64,000 nt of DNA from Octopus vulgaris (GCA_951406725.2 OX597817.1:97650001-97714000); one strand, 5' to 3'. Counted from the first letter of the stretch, positions 1-13,648 are shown. Program-made: numbers and translations. The notes: generated by a model from the sequence alone, not told the origin.

Positions 1-1962
1 GATTGAGCTTGGAAAACACAGTACATCCAAGTGGTAGGGAAGCAAAATCCTGGAGAAGAGAAATTGAATACCTATCAGGAGTGGTGATAGCATTAAGACG
101 TCTAACATTTACTGTAGGCCTAATCACCAGAGCACTTGGAGACCATGTGCAGGGGTGAGGCCCATTGGCTTGTGGAAGGGTGGATAATCTCGCACTCCAG
201 CATGTGATCAAATTCTGCCTTTGCTGCTTTGAGCATCTTCAGAGGCAGATGATGAGGACATGAAAACATTAGAGCACCATCCATAGAAATGAAATGTTTC
301 ATTGAGTCGGTAGAATTACCTAGCTGGAAACTCAGATTGGTGAGCTCTGGGTAAGAGTTTAAAAGCAATGTAAGTTTCCAGACACCGCAACAAAGAACGT
401 TGGGATAACCAATGAAATACTCAATTTTTGCCCCAAGATAGAAAAGTCCATAGTGCTGTCCGACAGCCACTGCTTATGAACATCAAGTATAAGAGAATAG
501 TGGTGGAGAAAATACGCACCAAGGGTTTTGGGTAAGGCAGGTCAGCTATGATGGAAATCCATTTAAAATCACAAAGCAGAGCCAAATCCGAAAAAAGAGA
601 GATTTGGCAGTATGTCAGGATAGGTGAGTTGTTCACTGCTTGCAAGGTAATAGCAGAAAGAGGAGGTTTATCTTTAATGAATTTTACTGGCCAAATACTG
701 CAAGCAGCACCAGAATTGACAAGGAAAAGTTTGTGCGATAATAAATCCTCAACAAAAAATACATGAGTATGATGGTACAAACTGGGAGTAGCTGTCATGC
801 TCAGTGTCCTATGGTAGTGTTTACCTGACTCACATGAGAACACGGTTGAATGCATTTATGAGTAGCATCACCAAAACGTTTATGATACAAGCAGAATATT
901 GAAGAAGCAAGAGAAAAAGAATGCCATGTAGGAGAGGACGAATGACTGAATGATCTTCGGTGTGTAAAATTCTGCGCAGCACATAATCTCTTCACCTCTT
1001 TAGTTAAATCAAGAATGGCTTGTAGAGTCGTCGATTGCACTGAATCAGCCTCAGAAGTAGCTGCTACTGTAGAAGGAGAAGAAAAAACAGCAGCATCTCT
1101 TGCCAGTATATTTTAATATCTTATTGGCTGAAGAAACCAACTGATCTACTGAACTGACCTCCATCATAGGAGCAAGGTTGGCCTGCACATTTGATGGCAA
1201 ACAAGAGAAGAAAAACAGTTTAATCATGGAGTTGTCCTCAGATGATCCCTCAGTAATTTCCTGCATCCTGTGTAGGTGTTGGCTTGATATCCAGTCATCC
1301 ATGTGTTCCTCGTTAACCAACATACAAAAGTGTTTCCCTGCTGAAAGAGACATTCTATAGAGAACTCTATTCTTTATTGAAAAATAAGATGCATCCTTAA
1401 GTGGGTCTGTTATAAGATCCTTCAAATGAACAGCTAATGAAGAAGGGATGGCACTCAGTAAAATATGTAGCTGTTGCTGCACCAAGTTAATATTATTTGC
1501 AGTAAAGTATCACTATTTGCGCCAACCTAACTTTTACATAACCACTGAACGCTGGTAACAAAGTGATTCATGCTGGCGAAAAAATGTAATATGTATGAAT
1601 TAATAAAATGTTGTGAGCACAATTCTCAAAGAAAAGAAATATTAATCCTCAGTGATTTGTTCTATTTTCTTCTTAATTGACTGTAAAACAAATCCAAAAT
1701 GAAGCAGAATCAAAATTTTTTTACAAATGGCGGTGAGTGGGAAAAATCAAGCCAAAATGAGGTGAAACATGCGCTTAGACACCATGAAGGAAATGAGGCA
1801 ACAAGACAGGTAGACATCTTGTAAAACAGGTAAATGTATACACAAAGTAGAATGCAGCAAATGAAGTTTTACAGAGTCTGATTTGTGAGCATAATTCTTT
1901 AATTGTTTTTTTGGTGGGGGGAGTTTATTTCCAAAAGAAATATTCCAACGTCGGGGTCACCA
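1..1962 (-). mobile_element. Decayed Gypsy LTR retrotransposon, CsRn1/Kabuki-like (gag-protease-RT start), truncated by the window edge
   Basis: Frameshifted ORFs in the expected order on the minus strand: gag (1051-1485), CxxH-x9-C-x3-C knuckle 'CLYHKRFGDATHKCIQPC' (801-1040), protease 'FLVNSGA' (421-855), RT start 'IHPSTSQWASPLHMV' (120-470). Primer site at 1948-1962. Confidence 0.9.
1948..1962 (-). promoter_or_regulatory. Primer-binding site complementary to the tRNA-Trp 3' end
   Basis: The + strand reads ACGTCGGGGTCACCA, matching the eukaryotic tRNA-Trp 3' end including CCA. It lies upstream of gag; CsRn1-clade elements use tRNA-Trp. Confidence 0.85.
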
Positions 1963-2989
1963 ATTTTAGTGAGTTGGTTACCAATGTTGTATGTTGTCAT
2001 CAAAGTAACAGGTTCAAAGTTGTAACATGTCTGAATGCAATGTGTTGTTTAGATGTCACAATATAATGTGGAATAAAGTGTGTGTGTAGAAATAAATGTC
2101 AGAAAGCATGTTTTGTTTATGAAGCAACTAATTTAGCTCTTTGAAAAACACATATAGGCAGAAGTTGCCACATGTATCCTTCCGCAGCCAGCTCAAAATG
2201 GATGAAATGGGCATAGCATGACTGAGCTAATCCACCACAACAAAATAGTGCTTTCATGTCTCACTACAGTTTCTTATTCCAAGAGAATGTGTACTCATGT
2301 CACAAAGGACAACTATATCAATGTTGTGTGTTTCCAGCTAGTGCCACAATTGCATTTTTGGTTGATCTTTATTTCCTCTATTTAGTAGTCTCCTATCATT
2401 CCATTGGGCTAGATAAAGGCTCATTTTCTTGCATCCTACTAAATTGTTTGCTACTCCTCAGATCCTTGGCAACTCAAGGAGCAATCAATCAGATATCATT
2501 TTGAATAGTTGATATTATTTCAGAGGGATGTTTGCAAGTGTTAACAGCTTTTGGAATTATTAGTAAATTTTTTTCAATATGATGATGTAAACATAGTGAG
2601 CAAGAACATGCCAAAACATACTGTTCCTACAACTATTGTGGTGGTTGACCAGAAAACAATCACAGTGTGACATGTCACCACACATCTAAGAGAATGCCAT
2701 AGAGAACTTAGTCAGTAGGTTGTTAACTATTGAATCATTCGGTCCATCTTGACAGAGTTTGCTTTCCATTCCAATGATCACCTTCCTTACCAAGCAAGCT
2801 TTCTGAGGGTTGCTAGTTTAGTCACTGAAGGCCTGACTATACGAAGATTGAAATGTTTTATACGAACATCAGTAGATGTCTACAATATTATACCATGAAA
2901 TATTATATTCAAGACTAAGCACAATAATACAAAACATGAGACTATTATAGAATACTATAAATGATAGTATTCAATGCGAAACAATATAG

Positions 2990-3072
2990 TTGGTAGCCAA
3001 CTCACTAAAATTGGTGACCCTGACACTGGAATATTTCTTTCAGAAATATTCCCCTCCCCCCAAAATACAATA
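2990..3072 (+). repeat. Inverted second copy of the Gypsy LTR end / PBS / leader
   Basis: tggtagccaactcactaaaattggtgaccctgacactggaatatttcttt is the near reverse complement of ~1902-1984. Confidence 0.8.
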
Positions 3073-3484
3073 TAGTTTTTTTTATTATAGATCTAGTCTA
3101 GAGAAAGAGAGTGTGCCCATGGCTTTCACAGACATCATCAGTGATAGTGAGGCCCACCATATGTAGCAGCAGAGGCTTATAGTTTGCACGTGAATGATGC
3201 TCAGATACAGCAGGTTAAGGATGAATGAAGGGTGGTGTCATCTGTGTAGGAGTGGGAGTTGCAGGAACTGATGGAAAGTAGTTAATTGATATACAGGGTA
3301 AAGAGTCTAGGGGACAAAATCAAACTTTGGAGCACATTAAAGCTCTAAATGGAACTAATGACTACAAACAAAATGGCCAGTTTCAGAAATGTGTGTATAC
3401 AATAAGAAGGAAATACAAAATCACATGAAGCAATCAAAACTATACCTCTGCCCTCACTGAAACTAATAAACTTATCAGACTCAC

Positions 3485-3579
3485 CATCTTTGACTATTTT
3501 GTTAGTGCTTTCAAGGAACAGGGTTTCATTTGGGGATACTTTATGAAACACAACTTTTTGTATGGAGGACTTGCCACTT
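3485..3579 (-). CDS. RRAGC/D: Rag C/D GTPase coding exon (end of P-loop, switch I)
   Basis: Splice sites tttcttttcag|A and GATG|gtgagt. The 95 bp encode (R)[31 protein letters not shown], the conserved RagC/D-Gtr2 motif. Phase is compatible with the 5131-5270 exon. Confidence 0.95.
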
Positions 3580-5130
3580 CTGAAAAGAAAGATAAAGGCA
3601 GTAAATTACAAATGGAACATACCCTACCACATACAATAGAGTTCACCTTCAGCTAGAAACTCCAAACTACTTTCACAATATCAGATATGTACCCTCCTTC
3701 AATCTGCAATTGAAAAGTGCTTCTTTCTTCAATAGTGTCAAGGTATATATGTGCACAGATGTGCATGCTAATTGATGCATGTGTAGGAACCTGTGCATGC
3801 ATGTACACATTTGTAGATTGTGTGTGTGTGTTTTCACTGAAAAGCTATACTGGGTATATTTACTATTTATTGCAAATGTTCCATGTTTTGAGGAGCATCC
3901 AAAATATTGCTACTCTCAAAAGGACTCCTCTTTACCTATCACCAGATTCAAACAAGAACCTAACAGTACGGAGTGATTTGACAACTGCCATGAGCAAGTC
4001 TCTATGTGGTCACTTGACTTGCAACAAATAATAGCCAAATTGCTCTCATATCATAGCCTATAATATTAAAAAAAGGAATAGACACACTGGATAATGTAGT
4101 CCCAAATGTACTCTGTTTGAAAAACACAGACGAGTTAACCATAACTGGAATGCTTTGGATCAGGTCTGCCTATATGGGTCCATCAGGAACTGAAAAACAA
4201 TAATGTCAATCATCATCATAATCCTTAGTTCCACTGGTTTAACATCCAAAGGATACATTTCTATGATGTCACTAAGATTCACACAAACTTTTGACTTGCA
4301 TACAAAGCCTAGAATACTTTTCCACACAGTAAGTTTCTCAAGGTCATGCAGCAGATTCAGAATAACCATACTTAGCTATTCCCCTACTCTAACTGAAGCT
4401 CCTCTTTTTTTTACACCTTATATTTTACAAACATTATACAACACTACATTAAGTTCTATGTTACCTGTCACAAAATATTTCCAGTTACTAGAGAGAGTCT
4501 TCACTACACCACTATACATCAAACATCAATTTCAGGTACCTAAAACCCAATGTCCACTGACCTTATTTTCATTGTTATATAACATTCTCAAATACTCTAT
4601 CACACCCTGTCTTCAGATGAAAAAGCGAAGGGATGAAGATAACTATATTGAGATAGAAATGTGCTCTACATGGCACATCTTAAATGTGAAAAATGAGGCA
4701 TTTATTACAAAAATGTTCAATAAGAAATTAAAATTTATTGCAACTTTGGTAATGTCTATGTTACTATAGAAACTGAAGAATCATCAATATAAGGCACCAA
4801 GTTCATCATCTTATGTCCACTTTTCACGCTGGCTTTTCACTTGATCATACTGAACTCAGTACTCATTTTGGAGTGGAACATATTTTATCAAACTCTATTT
4901 ACCAAATGACTTAACTTTTGATGCAGTGTTTTATATATGTAAACAAATTCTGATACATGTATTTACCTGGCTTTAAAACAGTTTCTGTCAACAAGATTCC
5001 ACACACAAAACATTGTTTGACCCAAAGCTGCAGAATCCCCTTGCCCAAGATAATTTTTTTTAAAAACCATAAAATTAGTATGTTCAACTTCAATCTGATC
5101 TTTACACCTTTTAAAAATGGTAAGACTGAC

Positions 5131-5270
5131 CTTCGAAGGCCCATCAACAGAATCCGTGGTTTTTCATCTGAACTTGAAGCTGTAGCTTCATTCTCCTGAT
5201 CAACTGTACCATATCCAAAATCTTGGAATGAGCCAACCATAAAATCCCCACCAGCATCATCTTCATAGGA
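5131..5270 (-). CDS. RRAGC/D: Rag C/D GTPase N-terminal coding exon
   Basis: Splice sites taccttgcag|TCC and CGAAG|gtcagt. The 140 bp encode SYEDDAGGDFMVGSFQDFGYGTVDQENEATASSSDEKPRILLMGLR(R). AG+A joins to the next exon to give the P-loop GLRRSGKSS. Confidence 0.95.
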
Positions 5271-5538
5271 CTGCAAGGTAAAAAGGAATAAAATATTTTG
5301 TAATATTGAATACAGAGAGTTTTCAAACAGGATTCAATTAGCAAAGGATAGATGTTTAATGAGGAGAGACAACACCAACAGGAGTGAAAAAGCTGGTGGT
5401 AAGTTAGATAAATTAGGTTAAATTATTTAGTAAAATATGTATATAAGTCAAAATTAGTATCAGGTTTCAGTGTTTATGCTTCTAAGTTGTCCATTGTGTA
5501 TCTGAGAACATCAAAGGACACAAGAAAGCAATGCTTAC

Positions 5539-5550
5539 CTCTTGTTTCAT
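5539..5550 (-). CDS. Candidate start-codon exon end for RagC/D (MKQE)
   Basis: Minus strand ATG AAA CAA GAG|gtaagc: strong donor, phase 0, 268 bp upstream of the phase-0 acceptor at 5270, with an in-frame TAA 8 codons upstream. Could be cryptic. Confidence 0.3.
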
Positions 5551-7980
5551 AGAGTTAAGAGGACAAGTCACTTAATAAAATGCCAGACTATTAGAAGTTA
5601 CTTTCCAGGTTTGGTAGCTATCCTAGAGAGCTAGGTAAATGTGGTTATGTAAAATTTTACTTAAAAGCAAAAACACTGCTGTGCATTTGATGCACTCAGT
5701 CTATCTCCACCAGTAGTAGACAGATTGACTAGCATGAACACATTGAGTTTTGTGTTGTAAGTAACATCAAATGTCTGCAAGCAGAAGTATCTGTAAAACA
5801 ATACTAGTAGATTAACTAGTTATACACTAAACAGCATATATTAGATATCAGAACCAATAATTGCTTATCTTACATGTAACACTATCAGTTCTACACTGTC
5901 GAATAAGCAGACAGAGCACATTAACTTCAAGTGTGATTGGAAGCTTCATTTGGATATTTTTCTCAAAAATATCTTCTCCAATGTGTTAGGGAATTATTAA
6001 TGTAAGGCCATAGTGTGCAAGTATCACTAAAGCAGATGTATTAACATAATATACATTATGAATAAAAAAAAAAAGATAGTCGAGGTAGTTGTTTAAATCA
6101 AAAGACAAAAAGGAACTTAGTTTTACTGTTAGTCTGAAGAGTTAATACTCAGTCTTTTCAGACTTTCATAAGTTGAAGGAGAGAGATAATCAAATATTGT
6201 TAGTATGGTTAAGTGTTCTTGTACAGGTTTTTAGTGAGTATGGAAACAACTCTACAAGGATTGGATAAATGTTAAAGAGCCTGAGAAGACACCTTAGAAA
6301 TAACAATGAATGAAGAGTCATAGAAATTGGGTGAACGTTAAACAAGAGTGGTATAGAGTTTATAAGCTTAAAAGAGCAGTTGCTGCTGAAGTAGTTGGAA
6401 AGTTTGAGAAAGAATAGAGCTTAGAAATGGGTCAATGATTGTTAGTGAATTTGATTTGCCTGTTTATTCATTGGATTTTTTCCTTGGTTGTGGTTGAGAC
6501 AATTTACATATTTTGAATCCAATAACTCAAATATATGTGGCCCGTATTTAAGTATGAGGAAGAGAGTGAGCAGTTAATCAAGGCCAACAACATTTTTTTT
6601 TTATCCTAAAGAAAATACTTAGTCTTTATGATGCAGTTTTGGCTATATAAGACATGGGATGGGAAGCGAGTGCTGAATTTGTCAGAGAATGTGCAAGATA
6701 CTTTTTGTGTATGGTTTTCCAGAAAGAATCAAACTAATGGTAAATTTCTGGAATTGTGAGATTATCTTGATAATGCTGATGTTATTTAACAGAGATGAAT
6801 ATTAATTCCAAAGTGACATTGTTCTAGGAAGTAGATTCTAGCCAAAATTTAATATAAGCAGAAACAAAATGAGATATACAACAAAGTGGCTTGATTAGGT
6901 GGAAATGTACATATAATTCCAAAGAAGAGGTGATTATGGCAATGATAGGACACAATATATGGAGAGAAGATATTCCAATTAATCAAAAATGCTTGATATT
7001 TCAATATGCTGTCAAGGAGGCTGGTGACCAAAAGGAGTATATCACTCTAGACTTGGTCTATTCTACCAATAATCTATGTTTTACCTGATAAACTAAGTGT
7101 GCTCAGAAAAAGACTGCAGAACCAATAAAAAAACATGGAAATAGAGAACCAAAATAATTATCATCAACTAACTGTTCATATGATAAATGACTTCAACTTG
7201 AGATGCAACAGATTGATGGAGGGAACACAGGAATAATGATTAAATACCAGGCGCATTCTATTTTGTATTTTAAGTTCTATTCTATCAAGATACATTTACA
7301 AATAATGTTACAGACATAGCTTACCAGATATTCTAAATTAAAATCAACAAATTATATAACTTAGTACATCTATTGAAAAGATTTCAGAAATCAGTGGGGT
7401 CCCCAGCCAGTAACTGACAAAAGGAATAACTATCGGTATAAGCTACAAGTATTAGTAGTACTACTAGATATAGGCAAGTATGATAAATCAATACAAAACA
7501 AAACACACAGATTTAAATACTTTAGAGTACACTGTTATCAGAAGACAGCTGTTTATTCACAAACATCTTACCTTATTGAGAGCAAAAAAACAGTAACACT
7601 TGTTATTCATATTCAAAATTGAAATTAATAAGTCTACCATGTTGAGAGGAACTCACAACAAAATAGTGTTGCTGTGAGTATGCTTTAAAGGAGTGGGGTT
7701 ATATTTACAAATAAAGCACTGCAGACTAAAATAAACATCACATTTTACTGAAAGGTTATAAAATCTCATGAGAAATATTTCAAAAAATCAAACAAAAACG
7801 ATAAAACAAAAAAATAGCTCCAGAAGACCTGCTAAGATATCATCCAGTGAAACAGTTGTCACACATATATAAGATGATCTACAATACTGAATTTTTTAAA
7901 AAACAAACTTACAGACAAACAAAAAAAGAACTCATAAGCAGAACAAACAAGTTAGAGAACTGTGAACACAGTCTGCTAAC

Positions 7981-9785
7981 TATTTACAAAGCAAGTCAAA
8001 AGGTTTGCAACATTCGCATGTGCTAGTTTGCAGTGTGTATATTATGTGACCAAAGCAGTTCAAAACCATGGAAGGTGCCCACTGAGGTTGGTAGTATCGT
8101 GACAGTTGGTGAGCTGTCATGTACATTGCTTCACTCCACATGTGATTGCAAAGCCACACAGATGAATGCACAATGTAGTCTGATTTGGGAATTTATGCTT
8201 TATGAGTTTGATTTGGGCCATAACACTGTGGAAGCAACCAGAACCCTTTGTTGTGTGAAAGGTGAAGGCACAGTTGATCACAGTACAGTAGTCAGATGGT
8301 TTGAGAAATTTTACTTGAGTTGTAAAAACCTTGACAATCAAATAAGGCCATATAGACCTAAAACCATGGATTCCAAGGTCATGCTCCAAGCCATAGAGGC
8401 AAATCTAGCAAGTAGCATTTGGAGAGTATCAGGTGAGCTTGGCATCTCACAGTCCAGTGTGACTTGTCACCTTCAACGGCCTCAGTAAAAGCACCAGCTC
8501 AAGCACAAAGGTGAATGGATGTTTACAATGAGGTCCTGGAAAATCTGCATGAGCTGCATTTCCTGAAGAGGATAATAACGTGATGAGAATTGGATATTTT
8601 TGCACAAAATGGAGAAAATGAAACAAATATGGACGACTTGTTCAGAAACACCCATTAGTGGGGAACAATTCTCAAAGATAGCCTCCAATTGTTTTCCCCC
8701 AAAATTCGCATGTCCTTGGAATCTACATAGTCTGAGGTATATTTGTAGAGAATTTCATTAAAAAATATCCAGTTTCATGAAAGTTAAGACGAATTGAAGT
8801 GGACTCCGGTGAAATTTCCGAAATTACCCACTCCAACCCCGCCTACCCCCCCACCCAATTTTGTATATTCAAAATCTACATGTTATAACACATATTTGTA
8901 GACAATTTCATTAAAAATATCCATTTTTCTGAAAGTTATGATCATCCAAAGTTGGGAGCACAGAAATCTGTAGTTATACCAATTCAAAAATACAGCAGTA
9001 CAAGTAAAAGAAGTTCATCAATATTTGGAGGAATATTTCAAATTTGGATTTATACCTGCAATCCATGATAAACTGTCATCAAGTTATAGGCAAAAAACTT
9101 GGATCTTGTGAATTTTCTGAAATCCTCTTCCTGCCCCTCGTAAAAGATTTTACCACAAATTTCTTGACAATCGTAATCTATGCTGGTTGAAAGATTTTTA
9201 TTTAAAATCTCATATAAAAAAAAACAAAACATTTTCCTAAAAGTTACGAGGGAAAAACTTGGATTTTGTGAATTTTCTGAAGCCCTTCCCACCGCCGTTG
9301 ATTTCTGTACATTTTTTTTTTCATATTTGCTTCCTACACATTTTTTTTTTTTTACATCCATTGCACTATTTTTAAAAATTTTGTTTCCATTGTAAACATT
9401 AACCAAATTTTGAATAACAAAAATTAAGTATCACAAGGGGGCATCAAGATTTTAGAAATGATTTAGTGGGGCATGGCCAAAAATCAGTTGGGAATCACTG
9501 GTCTAGACCCAGGTTCCTTGAATTGTTACTTGTTCCAATTAATGGCTCACTTCCTGCACTTGCAACACTTCATCAACCAAGATGAGGTAGAAGCTTCAGT
9601 GAAGGAGTTCTTCACCTCAAAGGACAAGAACTGATATCAGCATAGGATCAAAGAACTAGCAGAAAGGTGGCTTCAGACAGTCCAACACAATGGCCTCTAC
9701 TTTGAATACTAGGCTGCTTTTGTGGCACCTTGACAAATAAAGCAAGTAAGTTACCAAAAGACTGCAAAACTTCTAGCTTAATCTT
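7981..9785 (+). mobile_element. Decayed mariner transposon interrupted by an insertion
   Basis: N-terminal HTH 'FMLYEFDLGHNTVEATRTLCCVKGEGTVDHSTVVRWF' (~8190-8488) and C-terminus 'EVEASVKEFFTSKDKN.YQHRIKELAERWLQTVQHNGLYFEY*' (~9505-9712). Weak terminal inverted similarity near 7985 and 9765. Confidence 0.85.
8490..9500. mobile_element. Insertion inside the mariner: internally repetitive non-autonomous element ending in a hAT/Charlie-type terminus
   Basis: Ends gttgggaatcactg (CAGTGGTTCCCAAC-like TIR) followed by gtctagac, an NTCTAGAN target. The unit aatttcattaaaaa..tatcca..gaaagtta recurs at ~8750 and ~8905. Confidence 0.55.
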
Positions 9786-10319
9786 TACGCTACCGGTCAG
9801 GTACCTAAATAATATATACATAGAATTGGTTCTGTGAGTAAGAACTTTTACAGGTCTGAAGAGATTGAACAGGAATAAAAATGACTGGCCATCAAAGACA
9901 TTGGGAAAATATATAGCAGGCTCAACTAGGGAGGATGATAACTGCTACAAACTGATAGAAGACACAACCATAATACAAGTAGAATAAATATGACACAAAA
10001 ACGATGAGGTTTGAAAATATTAAGTGTTATAGATGAGATAATGCAAGGGAATATGACAGAGATATGCCATACTGCAGACTTCCAAATCTATACCAGAAAG
10101 GAAAATAGAAGCTATGAAAATGTTGATGATTATGATTAAGACAATATTTAGAAAGTGTGAGGGTGAATAAAAAGCACTGGTATATAAATAAATCAATTCA
10201 TTCTTTCTTTTCCAAACATAAGATATATAATTAAAAAATTCCATGGGTTAAATAAAATAAACTTTAATTTCATGTGGTGTTTTGTAACATAATTTAACAA
10301 AAGATATTTTTCATTTGTT

Positions 10320-10705
10320 CTTTTACTTGTTTCAGTCATTTGACTGTGGCCATGTTGGAGCACCACCTTTAGTCGAACAAATCAACCCGAAGACATTCTT
10401 TGTAAGCCTAGTAATTATTCTCTCGGTCTCTTTTGCCAAACTGCTAAGTTACATGGACGTAAACACACCAACATCAGCATCAAGCGATGATGAGGGAGAC
10501 AAACACAAGACACACAAATACATACATATATATATATATACGACAGGTTTCTTTTAGTTTCCATCTACCAAATCCACTCACAAGGCTTTGGTCAGCGCAA
10601 GGCTATAGTAGAAGACACTTTTGCCCAAGGTGCCAAGCAGTGGAACTGAACCCAGAACCATGGGGTTGGGAAGCAAGCTTCTTACCACACAGCCACTCCT
10701 GCACC
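10320..10705 (-). mobile_element. tRNA-derived SINE, family A (tRNA head + CORE-like accttgggcaag + microsatellite + tail)
   Basis: Reverse complement of the 31585-32009 copy; A/B-box-like head. Confidence 0.85.
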
Positions 10706-12993
10706 TATGTCGAACTTTACAAAACATTTTTTATTGTATATTAAAAAAAAATCAATACAATTTTTTAACAATCTACATCACATAAACAAAATGGCAAAAC
10801 TGCCATCATAAAGAACAACCAGCAATATTCACTGTATCAGCCATAATGACGCCATTCCAATTTGTAAAGCAGTAGTCTAGAGACTGAGAACACCAGAGGT
10901 CTCAACAACAACTGTATGAAAAGGAAACTTCCCATTAATGACTGCACTTAGTTATCTACCACTTGCAGAGTGAAAAGGTTAAGATTGGAGAATGAGTTAC
11001 ACAAGTAGCCTCTCAGATAAGCAACTTTCTTCCCTTGAATGGAAAAAGTTTATGTTATCCAGATGCCTTCCATCATTGCCATCAAAGCCAAAGCCAACAG
11101 GCTCCAGTTGTGATAGAAAACTGGCAGCATTGATGCTTTTTTTTTTAATAACACTGTTCAGTGTCACATAGCAAAGGAATCATATCCCATAGTGTAATGA
11201 CAAGAATGTTGGAGCAATCTGAACTTGTCAGCAATGGTGGAGGACAAATCTGATGTGTGTGCACTCATTGTCAAGAAGGGTCCAAGTCAAAGAAAGTAAG
11301 TGACAAATGGATTCTTGTGTTGGTGGAACTAGAATTGAGATTGTTCCAGTTGTGTTTATTGGCTATACCCTAGAGACATTGAAGCAACTGTGAATTATGA
11401 AAAGGTTGTAAGTATAATGAAGAAGTTGGCTTGGAGCAAGCTATTTTTTAGAGGAGTGTTTGACTGAAGCAGACCTTCATCAGCTACAGCAGAGTGCAAC
11501 AAAGTTAGGTTTTTAAGGTAATCTGGTCACAAGTCATCCACACAACTGCTACAACTACCTTTAGAAGCAGTTACAAAAATATGATAAGCAGGAACAAGGA
11601 CTGTTTTGATATCAGTCAGGAGGATGTGGCTGCTTCAATTAGAGTGGACTTAAAAACTCAGCTATGCATTGGAGAATGTCATTCAATGTCATTATTCACA
11701 ATGGTAGAAATAACTTTCTCAATTTTGTTTTGATGCAAATGTAGCCATGAATTTATTGTATACATGAAGTATGGAGAGTGACTGTGAAAAGTTTTCCAAA
11801 TTTAAACCTAACACAGCAAAGAGACCATAGCAAGGAGATAAAATAATACTCAAAGACAGATATAAGAAAATATTCTATAATTTTCTCTCAATGTGTAATC
11901 AGGAAATGGATAGGCTTGTGCAAGTTACATCAACAGTAACTAAATGACAATAATGTGTTGGTTTATTGTGTATTATAGAATATCAAAGCAGTGTTAGTAT
12001 TATATTAAATGGAAACATTTCTGCTAACTAAATGACTTAAATTATTCATGTTGCATTACAATCTGAGAACTACAAAAAAGCCTACAGCTAATATAAAGTT
12101 ATTGAAAGTAGTTATGTCAGCAATCAGCCCTAATATATAGCTAATGTATGTTATTGAATTTACTAGAAATAGCAAATTCATCTCCCTCAAATCACTGTCT
12201 GCTGTCTAACAAAAAGAGAAAATAATAGATAATGTAATCCTAGACAAACTATTTGTGTCTGAAAATAAGACATGATGGTCACAGCTAGGAAATCTCTGAT
12301 CATAGGTCTACTAAATCAGAGTTGAGCAGAAGCTACACAACAAGATAGAACTGAACTGAAACATTGGATGTACAGAATAGATTTTCCCTAAGATATTGCA
12401 GTGAACACTTTGATAGTTTAAAATATTAAACAACAAAGTAAATGATACCAAGCTTCTTACTGAACACACTCACCAGGCAAAATATACTGATTTACTTTGA
12501 ATGGTCAAATGGCCATTTTTCAAAGAGGAGTATCATCAACTGAATTCCACATTATTAACAGAAATACTAATTTTGTCAGTTACAGAGTGATGAACATGAA
12601 GTTAAACCAGAAGAGATTTGATCTCAAAAGCTGAAAGTGAGTAAAACAAATACTGTAATGAATGGAATACAACACTGCTGTCTCAGCCATGCTGCACTTC
12701 AGGGGATAAAATATTGTGCAATAAAGATCAAACAGTTACTCAAGGTACTTCTTAAATTGATAATCAATTCTCACATTAATTACAGCTTCTCTCAACCTAA
12801 ATATTTCTCTCAACTAAATATTTCTAAGCTACCAATTTTATTATTATTATTTTACTTCTTAGAGCTCTCAGTTTTATTTGCTCTGGTTTATTCAATGGTA
12901 GCAGACAGCAACCTGTTATCAGAGGTTTCACTGGGTCTCTTTCCACAAATTACAAGCTTTGGTACTTGGGTGTTGTGTGTTTTCCACAATAAG

Positions 12994-13420
12994 TTAACAT
13001 CCAAGTACCAATCTTGAAATCCTAGCTGTCCCCAATAGCATAGTTTTTTTGGCCTGCTCTACCCATATGTCAATTCCAATTTCTCCAACATATTTCTCAA
13101 ACCTGGTTGCTAGTGCTCCAAGCGCCTCTACAACTACTCTCCTCATTGCCCACATTCTTGCAATTTCAACTTTTATTAGTCTGTATTTCTCCATCTTTTC
13201 AAGCTCTTAGTCATCTATATGTGCATCCCCAGATATGGCAATATCTATGATCTTGGCATCCTTTTCTCTTTTGTCTATCATAACATTGTCTGGTCTTCAA
13301 GTATCAATTAGGGAGCTACATTGGATTGTAAAATCCATTAGGATCTTACATTCATTGTTCTCAGCAACACCCTCTGGTTCATGCTTGTACCATTTCTATG
13401 TTCTGCCCAAACCATATTTA
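12994..13420 (-). mobile_element. R4/Dong-like non-LTR 3' fragment (restriction-like endonuclease)
   Basis: 'WYKHEPEGVAENNECKILMDFTIQC..RPDNVMIDK..IIDIAI..EKMEKY..ALGAL..LLGTARI' is the PD..D RLE C-terminus. Confidence 0.8.
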
Positions 13421-13436
13421 TTATTATCATTATTAA

Positions 13437-13648
13437 GGCAGTGAGCTGCCAGAATCATTAGCATGTTGGACGAAATGCTTAGTGGTATTTCATTCATCCC
13501 TACATTCTTAGTTCAAATTCCACAATGGCTGACTTTGCCTTTTATCCTTTCAAGGTTGATAAAATAAGTACCAGTTGTGCACTGGGGTCAATGTAAATGA
13601 CTATCCTTCTACCCAAAATTTCAGGCCTTGTGCTTATAGTAGAAAGGG
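13437..13648 (+). mobile_element. tRNA-derived SINE, family B
   Basis: ggcagtgagctg..gttcaaattcc..gactttgcctttt atcctttc..aataagtaccag; same family as 16852, 32142 and 39492. Confidence 0.8.

Noticed and set aside
4203-4769. 188-aa plus-strand ORF
   Set aside because: No recognisable motifs; antisense in the RagC/D intron, probably the reverse frame of a decayed repeat.
4911-5130. ORF continuation 'SVLPFLKGVKIRL...' after LLMGLRR
   Set aside because: Intron read-through past the GT donor at 5130; RagC/D similarity resumes at 3579.
5900-7260. Faint RT- and endonuclease-like traces
   Set aside because: Too degraded to assign a family or boundaries by eye.
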